Source: Clostridia bacterium (lineage in GTDB: Bacteria > Bacillota > Clostridia > Christensenellales > RUG350). From it: 35,433 bases of DNA. The position numbers and the translations under genes were made by a program. The stretch is from the NCBI GenBank assembly GCA_045633305.1, contig JAZQYG010000093.1, positions 1 through 35,433 of the forward strand. The letters run 5' to 3'. The notes under the pieces are model-generated. The model was not told the origin of the DNA. It ran no database searches and worked only from the letters and a program-made list of their open reading frames with translations. Of this stretch, positions 33,823 to 35,433 are shown piece after piece (position 1 is the first letter of the stretch; the number at the start of each line of letters is the position of its first letter).

Positions 33823-34633
33823 CGTTACTTTTGGTCAATACTATCCCGTATCTTCTCCCGTGCACAAAATGGACGCAAGAGTCAAACTTTTGCTCACCGT
33901 ATTGTATATTGTTACGATATTTTTGGTGCAAACCTACAGTGGATATATCGCAACTTTTTGCGTATTCCTCTTTACTGTAATACTTGCGCGAATACCTATA
34001 AAAACGGTTTTAAAATCGGTAAAAGCCGTTCTCTTTTTGATACTTTTTACCACGATACTCAATTTGCTTTTGTACAAAGGCGATTATACGTGGAGTCGCT
34101 CGTGGTGGATATTCACGATATCTGACGGAGCAATTAACTTTGCCGTTCAAATGGCGCTAAGACTTGCATTTTTGGTTATGGGAACTTCCCTTTTGACCTT
34201 TACGACCACCCCCGTTGAACTAACGGACGGTATCGAGAGTTTGCTTAGACCCTTGAAAGTTATCAAATTCCCCGTTCGAGACGTTGCCGTAATTATGAGT
34301 ATAACACTCCGCTTTATTCCTATATTGATGGAAGAAACGGACAAAATTATTATGGCTCAATCTTCTCGAGGTGCGGATTTTTCAAGCGGTGGACTTATAA
34401 AAAGAGCAAAGGCTCTTCTCCCCGTTTTGATACCCCTTTTCGTTAGCGCGTTTAGACGAGCGGACGAACTCAGTCTTGCAATGGATTCTCGTTGCTACAA
34501 CGCAACGGACAAAAGAACCCGCTACAAAAAGATGAAAATAGCCTTTCGCGACGTTGTAGGCGCGTTTGTAGGGCTTGCTCTTCTTGCTTTCGTTATCGTG
34601 GATAACGCGGTGTTAACTTTACTTGTGGTATGA
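33812..34633 (+). CDS. ecfT: ECF transporter transmembrane component T
   Basis: GQYYP-SSPVH-MDARVK, LRFIP-LMEE, AQSSRG, AMDSRCY. Confidence 0.95.
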   Translation: MLSNVTFGQYYPVSSPVHKMDARVKLLLTVLYIVTIFLVQTYSGYIATFCVFLFTVILARIPIKTVLKSVKAVLFLILFTTILNLLLYKGDYTWSRSWWIFTISDGAINFAVQMALRLAFLVMGTSLLTFTTTPVELTDGIESLLRPLKVIKFPVRDVAVIMSITLRFIPILMEETDKIIMAQSSRGADFSSGGLIKRAKALLPVLIPLFVSAFRRADELSLAMDSRCYNATDKRTRYKKMKIAFRDVVGAFVGLALLAFVIVDNAVLTLLVV

Positions 34634-35379
34634 GATACAAAATAGTCGTACAGTTTGATGGAACTGCTTATTGTGGTTTTCAAGTACAACCCAACGGAAT
34701 AAGCGTTCAACAAGTACTAACCGAGGCTTTCCAAAAAATCGGGAATAGCGTTGCCGTTACGGGTTCGGGTAGAACGGATAGCGGAGTGCACGCAAGAGCC
34801 ATGGTGTGTCACGTTGATATGATGAGCACCGTCCCCGAAAAAAATATCGCAAAAGCGGTCAACGCCCACCTTCCTTCCGACGTTAGCGTGCTTTCGGCGG
34901 AAATTGCAGAAGATGGTTTTCACGCGCGCTACTCGGCAAAGCAAAAAACCTACGCGTATAGATTATACGTCAGTGATATTGCTCTTCCTCTCAAAGAGCG
35001 TTACAGCGTAAGGATAAAAACTTTCCCCGACCTTGACAAAATGAGAGAGGGAGCAAAAGAATTCGTCGGCAAAAAAGATTTTCGCGCTTTTCTTGCGAGT
35101 GGGTCGAGTGTGCAAGACACGGTTAGAGAAATTTACTCTATTGAAATAGAAAACCAAGACCAAGATATTACGGTCAAAATAACGGGTAACGGATTTTTGT
35201 ATAATATGGTACGCATTATAGTCGGCACTCTGCTTGACGTTGGCTACGGCAAAAAAACACCTGAACAGGTAAAGGAAATAATAAAATCACGAGAAAGAAA
35301 AAATTCCGGAAAAACTCTTCCTGCAAAAGGGTTAGAACTTTTTTCCGTCGAATATAATAACAAGGAGAAAAAGATATGA
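34630..35379 (+). CDS. truA: tRNA pseudouridine(38-40) synthase
   Basis: FDGT-Y-GFQ-Q, GSGRTDSGVHA, FHARY, GFLYNMVRIIVGTL, PAKGL. Confidence 0.97.
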   Translation: MRYKIVVQFDGTAYCGFQVQPNGISVQQVLTEAFQKIGNSVAVTGSGRTDSGVHARAMVCHVDMMSTVPEKNIAKAVNAHLPSDVSVLSAEIAEDGFHARYSAKQKTYAYRLYVSDIALPLKERYSVRIKTFPDLDKMREGAKEFVGKKDFRAFLASGSSVQDTVREIYSIEIENQDQDITVKITGNGFLYNMVRIIVGTLLDVGYGKKTPEQVKEIIKSRERKNSGKTLPAKGLELFSVEYNNKEKKI

Positions 35380-35433
35380 TAGAAATACGTGAAGTAAAAA
35401 CGAAAAAGGAGCAAAAAGAGTTTTGTAGTTTCC
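35376..35433 (+). CDS. N-terminus of a truncated ORF, possibly a GNAT-like acetyltransferase
   Basis: AAGGAG SD and ATGA overlap with the truA stop; MIEIREVKTKKEQKEFCSF runs off the window edge. Confidence 0.55.
   Translation, partial: MIEIREVKTKKEQKEFCSF

Overview
Chromosomal window from a low-GC Firmicute, most likely a gut or rumen Clostridia-type bacterium (inferred from gene content and sigma-A promoters). It opens with a probable oriC (DnaA boxes, DnaA-trios, AT-rich tract) directly upstream of dnaN. Next come a DUF975-like membrane protein, malQ, a histidine phosphatase, tRNA-Ala(TGC), a ClC-family transporter with altered selectivity-filter residues and a small reverse-strand gene. 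About 6.5-26.9 kb is a 20-kb co-oriented accessory locus resembling a Gram-positive polysaccharide-utilisation system in which I recognise no classical CAZyme. It encodes a carbohydrate ABC binding lipoprotein and two permeases, a 1440-aa secreted repeat protein, two DUF4838-like paralogues (one lipoprotein, one cytoplasmic), two Ig-like/beta-helix repeat surface proteins and a degenerate ROK regulator. It also encodes an unannotated 54-aa YxxP peptide coupled to one surface protein. Its promoters carry paired NagC/Mlc-like operators and a second shared palindrome. The right end holds putP, purA with a structured leader, an apparently catalytically dead glutamine-synthetase homologue, nadE, a probably leaderless ecfA1-ecfA2-ecfT-truA operon and a truncated ORF. 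No mobile element or CRISPR array was seen.
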